Source of the DNA: Octopus sinensis
Lineage: Eukaryota
Direction of reading: 5' to 3'
DNA: 64,000 nt
Assembly (NCBI RefSeq): GCF_006345805.1
Contig: NC_042999.1
Location: 2,232,001-2,296,000, forward strand
Positions 26,073 to 37,627 of the stretch are shown in pieces. Made by a program: the position numbers and the translations under genes. The notes under the pieces are model-generated. The model was not told the DNA's origin. It searched no databases and was given only the letters and a program-made list of their open reading frames with translations. Positions within the stretch are counted from its first letter, which is position 1; every line of letters starts with the position of its first letter.

Positions 26073-26905
26073 CAGAGGTTCTCAACCAAAGTCCATATGG
26101 CCCTTGGTGGTCCATGCAAGATTTCGTTAAAATTTATATGCAATAAATTGGTTATACAATATACAAAATATTTTGTTTTTTTTCATACAGGGTGTTCAAA
26201 AAGTCTCTCTGCAGTGAATTTCTTTCATCCTGCACATGCGCAACTTGGCTACCACTGTATGGGTTGCTAGGTGTCAGCTGTTGTCCCTCAGTCATTGTGT
26301 ACCCTTCAGCATGTCAACATGCTAACCATTGAAGGACGTACGTTTTTAGTTGCATGGGTGTTTCGAGCTCGACACAAATACACGGATACTGTGAAACAGA
26401 AGTTCTGTGAAACTTTTCCAAAGACTGTTATTCCACATCATGACACTGTGTGGGATTTGATAAGAACATTTGGAAGCACAGGCTCAGTGGAAGATGCTGC
26501 AAGAAGTGGTAGGTCCACTGTTCATTCAGACGAAACACTCACCAATATTTCTGATAAACTGTTGGCAAAGTCCTTATACAAATTGTCACAGGAAACGGAA
26601 ATCAGCCTAGGAAGTTCTCACACGGCAGTAAAAAAGAAATCAAATTTTATGAATTGAAAATGAAGACACTTTGAACACGTCTTATAAAGTTTTTTTAAAG
26701 TTTTGTAAAGTCTAATATATTCTTTTGTAGTCTTAAACCATCTTATAAACAATTATTTTGCAATAAAATACTTACTGCTGTACAAATCCTTATAATATTT
26801 AATTATAAAATTTTTGATATGCATCGAATGGCTATAAGGGTGGTGCACCTGAGAAAAAAGGAATCAAAAAGGCCCATAGGAAAAAAACATGGTTGAGAAT
26901 CACTG
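26073..26905. mobile_element. Non-autonomous hAT element carrying a nested Tc1/mariner derivative
   Basis: TIRs CAGAGGTTCTCAACC / GGTTGAGAATCACTG; subterminal similarity to 30604-31104 and 62809. Confidence 0.7.
26188..26690 (+). pseudogene. Internally deleted Tc1/mariner transposase (N-terminal HTH plus extreme C-terminus)
   Basis: Starts TA-CAGGGTGTTC. ORF MLTIEGRTFLV...KFCETFP...FGSTGSVEDAARSGR resembles DUF4817-type HTH. CACTTTGAACACGTCTTATAA = HFEHVL*, a typical C-terminus. The DDD/E domain is absent. Confidence 0.7.
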
Positions 26906-27064
26906 GTTGTGTTAACAACAAACAAGATGAGGACAAATATCCGTCAAATGTAAATAATGTAAATAATGTAAATGAATGCCTATGTCTGTGCATGTGTCTT
27001 GGTTCACCTCAGTTGTTTTGAACTTAGTTTGTCCTTATTCTTGTATTCTTGTGGTGGTGAGTTA

Positions 27065-27255
27065 TGGCATAAGGTCAGCAAAATTTAGGTGGGGAGGATA
27101 GTCGATTTCATCGATCCCAGTATTTATCAGGGACTTTATTTTATCGACCCTGAAATAATGAAATGCAAAGTTGACCTCGGCAGAATAAGAACTCAGAACA
27201 TAAAAGAGCCGGAAGAAATGCCGCTAAAACATTTTGTTCGACACTCCAGTTTGCC
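27065..27255 (-). mobile_element. SINE family B, diverged
   Basis: Family similarity. Confidence 0.7.
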
Positions 27256-27262
27256 AATAACA

Positions 27263-28496
27263 GTGATGGTGGTGGTGGTGGTCTTGGTGGTGAGGATAAT
27301 GGTAATGGTGATGATGGTGATGGTGATGATGGTGATGATGGTGGTGGTGGTGATGGGGTGGTGGTGGTGGTGGTGGTGGTGGTGGTGATGGTGGTGGTGG
27401 TGGTGGTGGTGGTGGTTGGTGGTGGTGGTGGTGGTGGTGGTGGTGTGGTGATGGTGGTGGTGGTGGTGATGGTGGTGATGGTGGTGGTGGTGATGGTGGT
27501 GGTGGTGGTGGTGGTGGTGGGTGGTGGTGGTGGTGGTGGGGTGGTGGTGGGTGGTGATGGTGGTGATGGTGGTGGTTGGTGGTGGTGGTGTGGTGATGGT
27601 GGTGGTGGTGGTGGTGGTGGTGGTGGTGGTGGTGGTGGTGTTGGTGGTGGTGGTGGTGGTGGTGGTGGTGGTGGTGGTGGTGGTGGTGGTGGTGTGGTGA
27701 TGGTGGTGGTGGTGGTGTGGTGGTGGTGGTGGTGGTGGTGGTGGTGATGGTGGTGATGGTGGTGGGTGGTGGTGGGTGGTGGTGGTGGTGGTGGTGATGG
27801 TGGTGATGGTGGTGGTGGTGGTGGTGGTGGTGGTGGTGGTTGGTGGTGGTGGTGGTGGTGGTGGTGATGGTGGTGATGGTGGTGATGGTGGTGATGGTGG
27901 TGGTGGTGGTGATGGTGGTGGTGGTGGTGGTGGTGGTGATGATGGTGATGGTGGTGGTGGTGGTGGTGGTGTGGTGGTGGTGGTGGTGGTGGTGATGATG
28001 GTGATGGTGGTGGTGGGTGGTGGTGGTGGTGGTGATGGTGGTGGTGGTGGTGGTGGTGGTGGTGATGGTGGTGGTGGTGGTGGTGGTGGTGGTGGTGGTG
28101 GTGGTGGTGGGTGGTGGTGGGTGGTGGTTGGTGGTGGTGGTGGTGGTGGTGATGGTGGTGGTGGTGGTGGTGGTGGTGGTGGTGATGGTGGTGGTGGTGG
28201 TGGTGATGGTGGTGGTGGTGGTGGTGGTGGTGGTGATGATGGTGATGGTGGGTGGTGGGTGGTGGTGGTGGTGGTGATGGTGGTGGTGGTGGTGGTGGTG
28301 GTGGATGGTGGTGGTGGTGGTGGTGGTGGTGGTGGTGGTGGTGGTGGTGTGGTGGTGGTGGTGGTGGTGGTGGTGTGGTGGTGGTGGTGGTGGTGGTGGT
28401 GGTGGTGGTGGTGGTGTGGTGGTGGTGATGATGGTGATGGTGGTGGTGGTGGTGGTGGTGGTGGTGGTGGTGGTGGTGGTGGTGGTGGTGGTGGTG
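27263..28496. repeat. ~1.2-kb (GGT)n/(GAT) trinucleotide array
   Basis: Direct reading. Confidence 0.95.
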
Positions 28497-29212
28497 AATC
28501 CGCTACACCTGCAGGATAAGATGTGATAATAGAATTTTCATATGATGTTACTAATGGAGCAATTGTGGCAAAATAGAATATAGCAAAAGGACGGAGAGAA
28601 AGAGAGAGAAAGAGGGGGACAGAGAGAGAGAGACAGAGAGAGAGAGGAAGACTTCTAGATAAAAATTTCAAAGTCTGCGGAAACAATGCATGTCACATAT
28701 GGAATTGAATTTAAGCTTATGTAGGAGAGGAAATAGAACGAGAAATGACAGAAAGATCAATGTATTGTCAGGAAAAGGAGTGAAGAAAGAGAGGATAAGT
28801 CTTACTTCGTAGAGAGAACAGATATTGCAGAAAAGGTATGGACCTTCACTTCAACATTTAAGCGTGACAATAAATAGGGAAAGAACGAGATTACGAAGTT
28901 TGAAAGGAACTGAAAGTGAAGAGCTAAGGTAAAAAAGACAACTGTTAAGAAATTGCAGAAACTAAACAGTTAAATTTGAAGTTGAAAATATAACAGATGC
29001 AAACGATTTTATATTTTGTGTAGTCTCTGTCACTGCAGAGATTCTTTGAGTTAGAAATGGGGCAGATTCTGGAAATGATGTAAGACAAAGTTAATCAGGG
29101 AGGGATTTTGCCTCAAAATGTAAAAAGCTTCAATATCGCAAGGCATTATTTTCTTTTGACGCTCTGATGCTTATGACAGCTAACTGCTTATGTTAATATC
29201 GTTTTGACATTT

Positions 29213-29940
29213 AAGGCGGCAAGCTGGCAGAAACGTTAGCATGCTGGGCGAAATGCTTAGCAGTATTTCGTCTGTCTTTATGTTCTAAGTTCAAATTCCA
29301 CCAAGGTCGACTTTGCTTTTCATCCTTTCAGGGTCGATAAATTAAGTACCAGTTACGCACTGGGGTCGATGTAATCGACTTAATCCATTTGTCTGTCCTT
29401 GTTTGTCCCCTCTGTGTTTAGCCCCTTGTGCGCAGTAAAGAAATAGGTATTTCATCTGTCTTTATGTTCTGAGTTTAAATTCCACCAAGGTCGACTTTGC
29501 CTTTCATCCTTTTGGGATAGAAAAATTAAGTACCAGTCGTGTACTGGGGTCGATCCAATTGACTGGCCCCATCCCCTAAAATTTCAGGCCTTGTGCCTGG
29601 ATTAGAAACGAATATCGTTCTGACCTTTTAATTGGTTCCAATCACCATATCTTCCACAAAAGCAAGTAACGCATGACTGAGATACGATGGGGAAGATATT
29701 ATAGTATATTTATAGATTGAGTGAAGGAGAAGAGTCAGCAGAACCGGTTGCACATTGGACAAAATGCTTTGGAATATTTCATCCATCTTAACACTCTGAA
29801 TTCAAATTCCACTGAGGTCGACTTTGTCTTTCATCCTCTCAGGGCTGTTAAAATAAATACCTGTTGAACACTTGGGTCAATATAATCGACCTACCCCCTT
29901 CTCCGGAATTGTTGGCCATTGTGCTAAAATTTGAAATCAT
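29213..29940 (+). mobile_element. SINE B copies (29213-29612 dimeric; 29730-29940)
   Basis: Family similarity; same dimeric layout as 10110-10432. Confidence 0.8.
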
Positions 29941-30603
29941 TATCAAGGACCGAGCTAAGTGTAAGTGTTGTTTCTGAAAGGTCTACGATCTCGAGATACA
30001 GACGATCTACTTGGACCCGAAAGGGAAGTTGGTGATCTTGGCCGTCAGCAACAGTGAAGGTGGTGCAATTAGCCTAGTGACTGGATACACGTCTGACTAG
30101 GACAGAGCGGCCGGGCTTTTTCAGGTGTCTTTAATTGTACTTGAAATTGCTCAGCTCATTAGTGCTGGTGGGGACTGAAATGGCATCTTAGAAGCACAAT
30201 GGAGAGAAGAATGTAAAAGCATTGCAAACCATTTTATATTTTTTTCAAATAGTCTGACACATAACAACGGAATTGCTCAGATGTCTTACAGACAAATCGT
30301 ATAGGATCATCCAAATAATATATGTTGATGGATGTCGAAGAGGATTAGTATAGAAAAAAAACCCAAAGAAAAATGAAATTAAAAAAAGATTTGAAATGTG
30401 GAGTTAGTCTTAGTTGTGAAGAGAAGATACTTTCTGCCAAGACAGAACTCGCTTACTATGAAGAAGGGTTAATATTCTGTGAAATATTTGTTATTTGAAC
30501 GAAATGTAATTCACAAAGGCAATAAAACTTACTGTAGACAAGGAATGTCTAGATGAAGCATGGATCGAGAAGGAAATGGTATTACAGTTTAAGCAACATA
30601 GAA

Positions 30604-31104
30604 CAGCAGTTCTCAGCCAGGATCTGTATGACCCTTGGGGATCCACAGAAGATTTTGTTGCTAAAATTTATAATAAATTACTTCTCCGATATACAAAATA
30701 CTTTAATGATTTTTAATACAATTTAGTAATTTTGACTTTCGCTTTTGGATTTGGTTTGCAAGATTCTTCATGTGAGTTCGTGTGTTGAAGAATTTTCTGT
30801 TGTGTCTGAGGAGAGTCATTCTCTTTTAGTGCCTTATGATTTAACACACTCACCGGTAAAATTTACACTCATTTACTTATTTATTTTACTAAATAAGTAA
30901 ATGAGTAAATGAGTGGAAATTTTACCGGTGTGTGTGTTAAATTATAAGGCACTAAAAGAGAATGACTCTCCCCAGACATAACAGAATATTTAATTATAAA
31001 CTATAAAAGGATTCTTTAAACATCGAATGGCATTGAGGGTCTAGTAGAGTGGAACAGAAATCAAAGGGGTACTTGGATAAAAAAGAAATGGTTGAGAACC
31101 ATTG
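30604..31104. mobile_element. Non-autonomous hAT element with a palindromic insert
   Basis: TIRs CAGCAGTTCTCAGCC / GGTTGAGAACCATTG; degenerate TSD ACATAGAA/ATACAGAA. Confidence 0.65.
30791..30990. repeat. Long inverted repeat, ~90-bp arms with ~9-bp spacer
   Basis: GAGAGTCATTCTCTTTTAGTGCCTTAT pairs with ATAAGGCACTAAAAGAGAATGACTCTC; pairing continues toward the centre. Confidence 0.9.
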
Positions 31105-31109
31105 ATACA

Positions 31110-31742
31110 GAAAGACCCAAAACTTGTACTAACTTCGTACAGACTTAAGGAATTGTTATAAAGCAATGATACAATAAATGTAGGTCTTCATGTACCCAGC
31201 ACAAGCCAAAAGCACCGTAAGGAATATATCAAAATCTCCAGCTATGAACAATGCAAGAATGAAATAGACTGGAAGCAGAGTCTGCGTTTCTGCTTTCTTG
31301 AATTTCAAAGTGAGAGATAAACTATCATATATCTATGGAAAATCCTGGAGGGGCATGTTCCAATCTTCGGCATTAGAGAGATTCTTAGTGCATGAACTTC
31401 CAAATATACCATCTTCAAAATCACAAGCAAAAGCATTCTCTTGACCCAGTCTGATAGAAGCTCTCAACTGTTCAACTGCCAACCTAAAAAGCTAAAAAAT
31501 ATTAACGAAACCTCTACTGAAAAATTCAAAAGCAAAAATATAACATTATATAAACTCTTAACGACGATACTGGACCAGCCAATCATTCAAGGATATACTT
31601 TTCGAAGATCACTTGCTACAAATTCAAACATAAACCAACTTTCAGCCACAAAGCGATAACAAAACCAATAGAAAATAAATCAAGGTGGTGCTCCAGCATG
31701 GCCGCAGTTGTACAACTGAAACAACTAAAGAATAAAAGACAA
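31110..31742 (+). pseudogene. Decayed 3' end of a CR1-group LINE related to the 37.6-41.2 kb element
   Basis: ATCTATGGAAAATCCTGGAGGGGC matches 40790-40810. Peptide QLFNCQPKKLKN...ILDQP...RRSLATNS. Same GGTGCTCCAGCATGGCCGC tail. Confidence 0.75.
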
Positions 31743-32027
31743 GAATCCGGAACACATGGTCCTTTGAGGTTTTGCTAAATGGAGGTTTTGCTTTTACATA
31801 GATTTCTCCGCTGCCTTGTTTGTGTCAGAAAAGGGCAGACAGTTTTCTTCAGTCTGGTGATTATGGGAAAAGTGGTTGTGCAGTGGACGAGACTGAACGG
31901 CTTCAAGACAGATACTTTCCTCTTCAGCCATGTCCTCATCGACTTTCTTCACTTCCAAAGAGGGCTGTAGGTGAGAGGGTGGTGTACTGTCTGGCCCCAA
32001 GAAAATTTGTTGAAAGGTGGCTAAATG

Positions 32028-32343
32028 CGGCGGCGAGGATGACCAGGACGTGGCGGCGAGGATGACCAGGATGTGGTGGCGAGATTGACTAGGATGTGGC
32101 GGTGAGGATGACCAGGATGTGGTGGCGAGGATGACCAGGATGTGGTGGCAAGAATGACTAGGATGTGGCAGCGAGGATGACCAGGATGTGGTGGCAAGGA
32201 TGACTAGGATGTGGTGGCGAGGATGACCAGGATGTGGTGGCAAGGATGACTAGGATGTGGTGGCGAGGATGATCAGGATGTGGCAGAAAGAATAACTAGG
32301 ATGTGGCGGTGAGGATGATCAGGATGTGGCGGTGAAGATGACT
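32028..32343. repeat. 23-bp minisatellite GAGGATGACCAGGATGTGGTGGC, about 13.5 copies
   Basis: Unit starts at 32035, 32058, 32081 and onward. Confidence 0.9.
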
Positions 32344-32875
32344 CTAAGTTAGCGCTTTTAAGATGTAGAGAACGGATGTGAAAGGAATATCTTCCAGGGG
32401 TGCACTTGGCATTCGTGGTGGCCCAGGACCTGTGGTGTTTCTTGGCTACCCTTGGCTGGTACTCTCACCTACTGAGGAATTTTCTTGCTATAATATTTCA
32501 CTTAGTTTATATTGTTTGCATATTACTTACTCGTGTGTGTGTGTGTGTGTATAAATCCTCACTGTCGTTATGATTTAGTGACTCTTGTGGCCAATAAATT
32601 ATCATTGTTATTGTTTTTATCATCATCATCATCATCATCACTGTTATTATTATTATTATTATTATTATTACCACCGTATCAAGGAATATTAATGCAATGC
32701 TGCAACAACCTTCAAAATTGTCAGGGTAAAAATAAAACGGCAAAATCTTGGACACACACATACACACACACATACATGCATGTTTATAAATATATACATA
32801 TGTATATATACATATATACTCACACATATATACTTGAACATGCATACACGTTTATATATATTAATACATACATAT

Positions 32876-32926
<51 letters not shown>

Positions 32927-32941
32927 CACCCAATCATACAT

Positions 32942-32973
<32 letters not shown>

Positions 32974-33649
32974 ACACACACACACAACATACACACACAC
33001 ACATGTAGGATGAATATGCAAGGCTATAATTATTTCTTCAGAATCCTTCCAGCAATATCAGGAAAACCAAAATCCTTCCCACTTTATTAAATTCTATTTA
33101 TATATTTTTCTTCGCTTTGCATTATCAACACGATGTACGTTCGTGTTTGTGTGTACGTGCGGAAGTGTATGAGTGCATATGTATGTGTGTGTGTTTGTGA
33201 GAATGAATGTGAGTGTGGATACAAATGTGTGTGTTTGTGTGTGAAAGCATGTGTACAAGTGATGCATATATGTGTGTATATGAGTAGGAGTGTGTATATA
33301 TGTATTATGCAAGTGTGTGTGTGTGTTTAAGTGTGCATGAGTGTGTATTCCTGCACATGCTGTCCTCTGTTATTGATTTTGAGACATTAACCATCGTTGA
33401 TCTGTCGCTGGAATTCAGAAGAATTCCATCGCGTTCCCATCCTTCAAATCGATGTATTCTCCTTTGTAACTTGGCTTATCTTTGCAGGACAAATGTCCGT
33501 CCGTTTCTGCATGCATTGTTCATGTTGGATTGTGTAAAAAAAAATAAATCATTTCTCGTATATATCAAAATATATATTTTGAGAAATCTTATACAATCAG
33601 GACCGATGTTAAATGCATCTGGATGCTGGCAGGAGCTAGCATCATTGTT

Positions 33650-34115
33650 GTTGTCGTCATCATCGTTATGGTTGTCATAGTAATCATCACCCCCGCCACT
33701 GCTACCTCTACCACCATCATCATCGCCATTATCATCATTGTCATCGAGCTGTTATCACAGTTATCATCATCACCACCGCCATCATCTTCATCATCATCAT
33801 CACCACCACTATCTTTCCCCTCCTCCTATTTGTGGTTGCCATCCTCCTCATCCTCCTCCTCCGCCTTTTCTTCCTCATCATTATAACCATCATCATCATT
33901 ACCACCACCACCACTTTTCTCCTCTTCCTCCTCCTCCTCCTCGCCACCACTGTCATCATCGTCATCATCATCATCACGACCACCAACGATAAGAACCACA
34001 CTATCATCATCACCACCATCATCCTGATCACCATCACCCTCACACCACCATCATCACCCCACCACCACCATCACCACCAGTGTCATCACCATTACTAGCA
34101 ACAGCAGCATCACTA
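33650..34115. repeat. (CAT)n/(CAC)n/(CCT)n low-complexity tract
   Basis: Direct reading. Confidence 0.85.
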
Positions 34116-34246
34116 TCGTCTATACCTCTATACATATCAGTACCAAAATAAATCACGGAGATTCCCATCATTTTGTATTTTCTACAACAGACTCTGGAAA
34201 ATATTTAAACTATTTGCGCTTTGTAGTGAGACAGTAATCTTCAGTC

Positions 34247-34667
34247 CAGGGCTGGATTAACCATTAAGCAAAATAATCATGTGATTAAGGCAACAAGGAA
34301 TGCAGGGTCCCACAGAAATAGTAAATGGTTTACAGGACAAAAGAAATCACTTTAAACTTATTAAAATAATATTCAGGATGCCTTATCTCTACTAAGTATA
34401 GAAGTAGATGTATTACAAAAGATTAATTTTGAGGATCTGATTAAAGATTTTGCAATTAAAAAAGCAGAAATCTTTACAAATATAAATAAAATGGAGGTAT
34501 ACAGAAATAACCATTATTTTCCATCTTATTGTTAGTTTTGTTTCATTTTGAAAAATAAAAATTTATTCTATGTTTTTTATTATTGTTTATATTTTGAATT
34601 ACATATATACGAGTGCACCAATATTATCTAAGTGCTTAGGGCTTCTATGGGTCTTAATCCAGCCCAG
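34247..34667 (+). mobile_element. Non-autonomous hAT (Tip100-like) element retaining the transposase C-terminus
   Basis: TIRs CAGGGCTGGATTAA / TTAATCCAGCCCAG; TSD CTTCAGTC/CTTCAACC; 34383-34465 translates to LSLLSIEVDVLQKINFEDLIKDFAIKK. Confidence 0.8.
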
Positions 34668-34926
34668 CTTCAACCCTATCCCATCTTCCCATATATTCCG
34701 ACAGCGCAACTGAAGGACAATTAGATTTGCTGTCTGAGGTTTTTTATCATTATTTTACACTTGAGTATTCTATGCAAGTTTTGTTAGACCTACGTAATAT
34801 GGGGAAATTATAAGATGGGGAAAAGGAGAAATATTTGATGTATTTATGGAATCATGAACAAAGATCGTATTAAAATCAGAATTGAGTCTGCAGACCAATG
34901 TTGAGTTAAACAGCGAGTTTGTGACA

Positions 34927-35078
34927 TGATTGAACATGTTTTCTCTGATTGAACATGTTTTCTCTGATTGAACATGTTTTCTCTGATTGAACATGTTTTC
35001 TCTGATTGAACATGTTTTCTCTGATTGAACATGTTTTCTCTGATTGAACATGTTTTCTCTGATTGAACATGTTTTCTC
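34927..35078. repeat. 19-bp minisatellite TGATTGAACATGTTTTCTC, 8 perfect copies
   Basis: Direct reading. Confidence 0.95.
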
Positions 35079-35449
35079 TTGTTTATTGTGTAACAGAATG
35101 CAACATTGTCGTATGACGACAGTTATACGATAAAACAAATCAGAAGTAAAAATTAAATTACTATTTATTTAAGTGTTCTGCAGGTGTAATTACAGGTGTA
35201 ATTACAGAAGCAAAATGAAAGGTTTCTTATTTCAGGATTTCAAGAGTTCATGGTAGCTGTGTTGAGTTTCCATGTGTGAAGATGGTGTATGTGAGAGCAT
35301 GGCTTAAGTTGAACATTTAACTCACTTGTTTCTGCATATTAATAGTAGAAATAATGCAGACAGGAATTGTTTTTATAAGCTAGATAGTTCTGTATGCAGT
35401 CGGTTGAAGTTCCTTAATCACAGTAGTAGTAGTAGTAATAATAATAATA

Positions 35450-35495
<46 letters not shown>

Positions 35496-35957
35496 AATTA
35501 TTGTATGCGGTACTCAGGTGCACCACAGCTTGTCAAAAGTGCGTATAAAGCATATGCAGTAATGTACAAATGTCTGGAAAGTGAACAGTGTATGAGTCAG
35601 ATACATGCTTGCGTGTGTATGGAGGGGAGAAAATCAGGTGTTGTGTTGTGTAGAAAACGTAGGAGGTGAGTTGCTGTGTTGTTCATGATAAATCCAAGCA
35701 CCTCTTAACACTTCGAAGTGTGTGCGGTAACTGATCAAACTGGTTAACTTTTTGTGCCAGAGACCTTGGGCGGACATGGAGTCATGGTACTCTTGTGCGT
35801 ACGTGAGTTGGAACTTTCTCGATGAAAATCCACTGGAGCTAACTCACTTCGCTTTTCATACAATTGTGTATGTGGATTGAATATAGTCGTTTAGACGACT
35901 ACATCATATTGCATGATCATAGCGGAACAGGAATTACACAGCAATAAGACAATAGAA

Positions 35958-36326
35958 AGAAGGACACTCAGAGAGTGCAAACCTCTGCCAAGGCAACACC
36001 AACGTCCTCTCAACGATTAGTCAGAGATTATTTTTAAAGTGAGAATGTCCGAAATAAACTCGACTGCTCTCACAAATGAGAATACTAAAAAGGAACCTGA
36101 CTGCTCCCAAAAATTAAGTAAAAAAAAACAGGAATTATCATCCAGATTCCTTGTCCAGTATCAGATCGATCCCAAAATCTAATCAGTTCATGCCAGTCAC
36201 GAGGCCAAACATCCCTGAAAGTTTCATTTGAATCCATCCAGCGGTTCATGAGATATCTTGTCAATGGACAAACAAACAAACAAACACGACTGAAACAATG
36301 ACTCTGCTTTTACTAAAGCGGGGGTA
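35958..36326 (+). mobile_element. Helentron-associated non-autonomous element (HINE/DINE-1-like), copy 1
   Basis: Similar to 36556-36929; (ACAA)n repeat; decayed terminal hairpin CTCTGCTTT-TACT-AAAGCGGGG. Confidence 0.65.
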
Positions 36327-36385
36327 ATAATAATAATAATAATAATAATAACAACAACAACAACAACAACAACAATAATAATAAT

Positions 36386-36416
<31 letters not shown>

Positions 36417-36426
36417 CAACAACAAC

Positions 36427-36467
<41 letters not shown>

Positions 36468-36511
36468 TAATAATAATAATAATGATAATAATAATAATAA
36501 TAATAATGATG

Positions 36512-36551
<40 letters not shown>

Positions 36552-36555
36552 CAAC

Positions 36556-36929
36556 AACAAGAGCACTCAGAGAGAACAAACCTCCACCAAGGCAACACCA
36601 ACATCCTCTCAACGATTAGCTGGAGATGATTTTTAAAATGAGAATGTCTGAAATAAACTTGAGTGCTCTCACAAACGAGAATACGAGGAATTGAACCTGA
36701 CCACTCTCTAAAATTAAGTAAAAAAAAAAAAAAAGAAAACTAAAAATAATCCAGAATCTTTGTCTGGGACCAGATCGATCCCAAAATCTAATCAGTTCAT
36801 GTCAGTCACGAGGCCAAACATACCTGAAAGTTTCGTCCGAATCCAGCCAGCGGTTCTTGAGATATATTGTCCATAAATAAACAAACACAACTGAAAACAA
36901 TACCTCCACCTTCGCTAAGGTGGAGGTAA
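36556..36929 (+). mobile_element. Helentron-associated non-autonomous element (HINE/DINE-1-like), copy 2
   Basis: Terminal hairpin ACCTCCACCTT-CGCT-AAGGTGGAGGT. Subterminal ACCTCCACC at 36580 is complementary to the far end. Confidence 0.7.
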
Positions 36930-37329
36930 CAATATCAAGAATACGAAACTTGGCTTGCAAGCCAGATTGACAATCTCTACACCACCGACAGCACTGCAGT
37001 CATTGCTCTCTTCAGGGAATAGGAATACAAAATAATGTACGCAAGCGTATTCGCCAACACGAAACACAACCACACGTGCACACTCATGTTCACACATTTA
37101 TGAAAAATATAGAATGGGGGAAAAAAAAGACTGGGAAGAAAAGTAGTGTGAATAAATGGAATTTAATAAAGTGTGAGTGATTTCAGATTTATGAAATTGC
37201 TGGACAGATTCTGAAGCAATAATTATAGTTTGACATAGTTATAATATATATATATATATATATATAAATATAAATATAAATATAAATATAGATAGATAGA
37301 TATATAGATATACACACATATATACATTT

Positions 37330-37386
<57 letters not shown>

Positions 37387-37387
37387 T

Positions 37388-37423
<36 letters not shown>

Positions 37424-37627
37424 AATGTAGATATATATATTATATATACATATATATTTATACATATATATGTTTATATATATATATATGTATATATAAA
37501 TATATATATTTATATATACATACACACACACACACATATATATATTTATATATACATATATACATATATATAGTTATATACACATATATACATATATATA
37601 TATATATACATATATATTTCAGGTGCG

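Noticed and set aside
27193-28686. 497-aa Pro/Thr/His-rich ORF (extensin- or mucin-like)
   Set aside because: It is the stop-free translation of a (CCA)n array, switches homopolymer at each indel and runs into a SINE.
32028-35078. CRISPR-like arrays (23-bp and 19-bp repeats)
   Set aside because: Head-to-tail repeats with no spacers or cas genes, in eukaryotic DNA.
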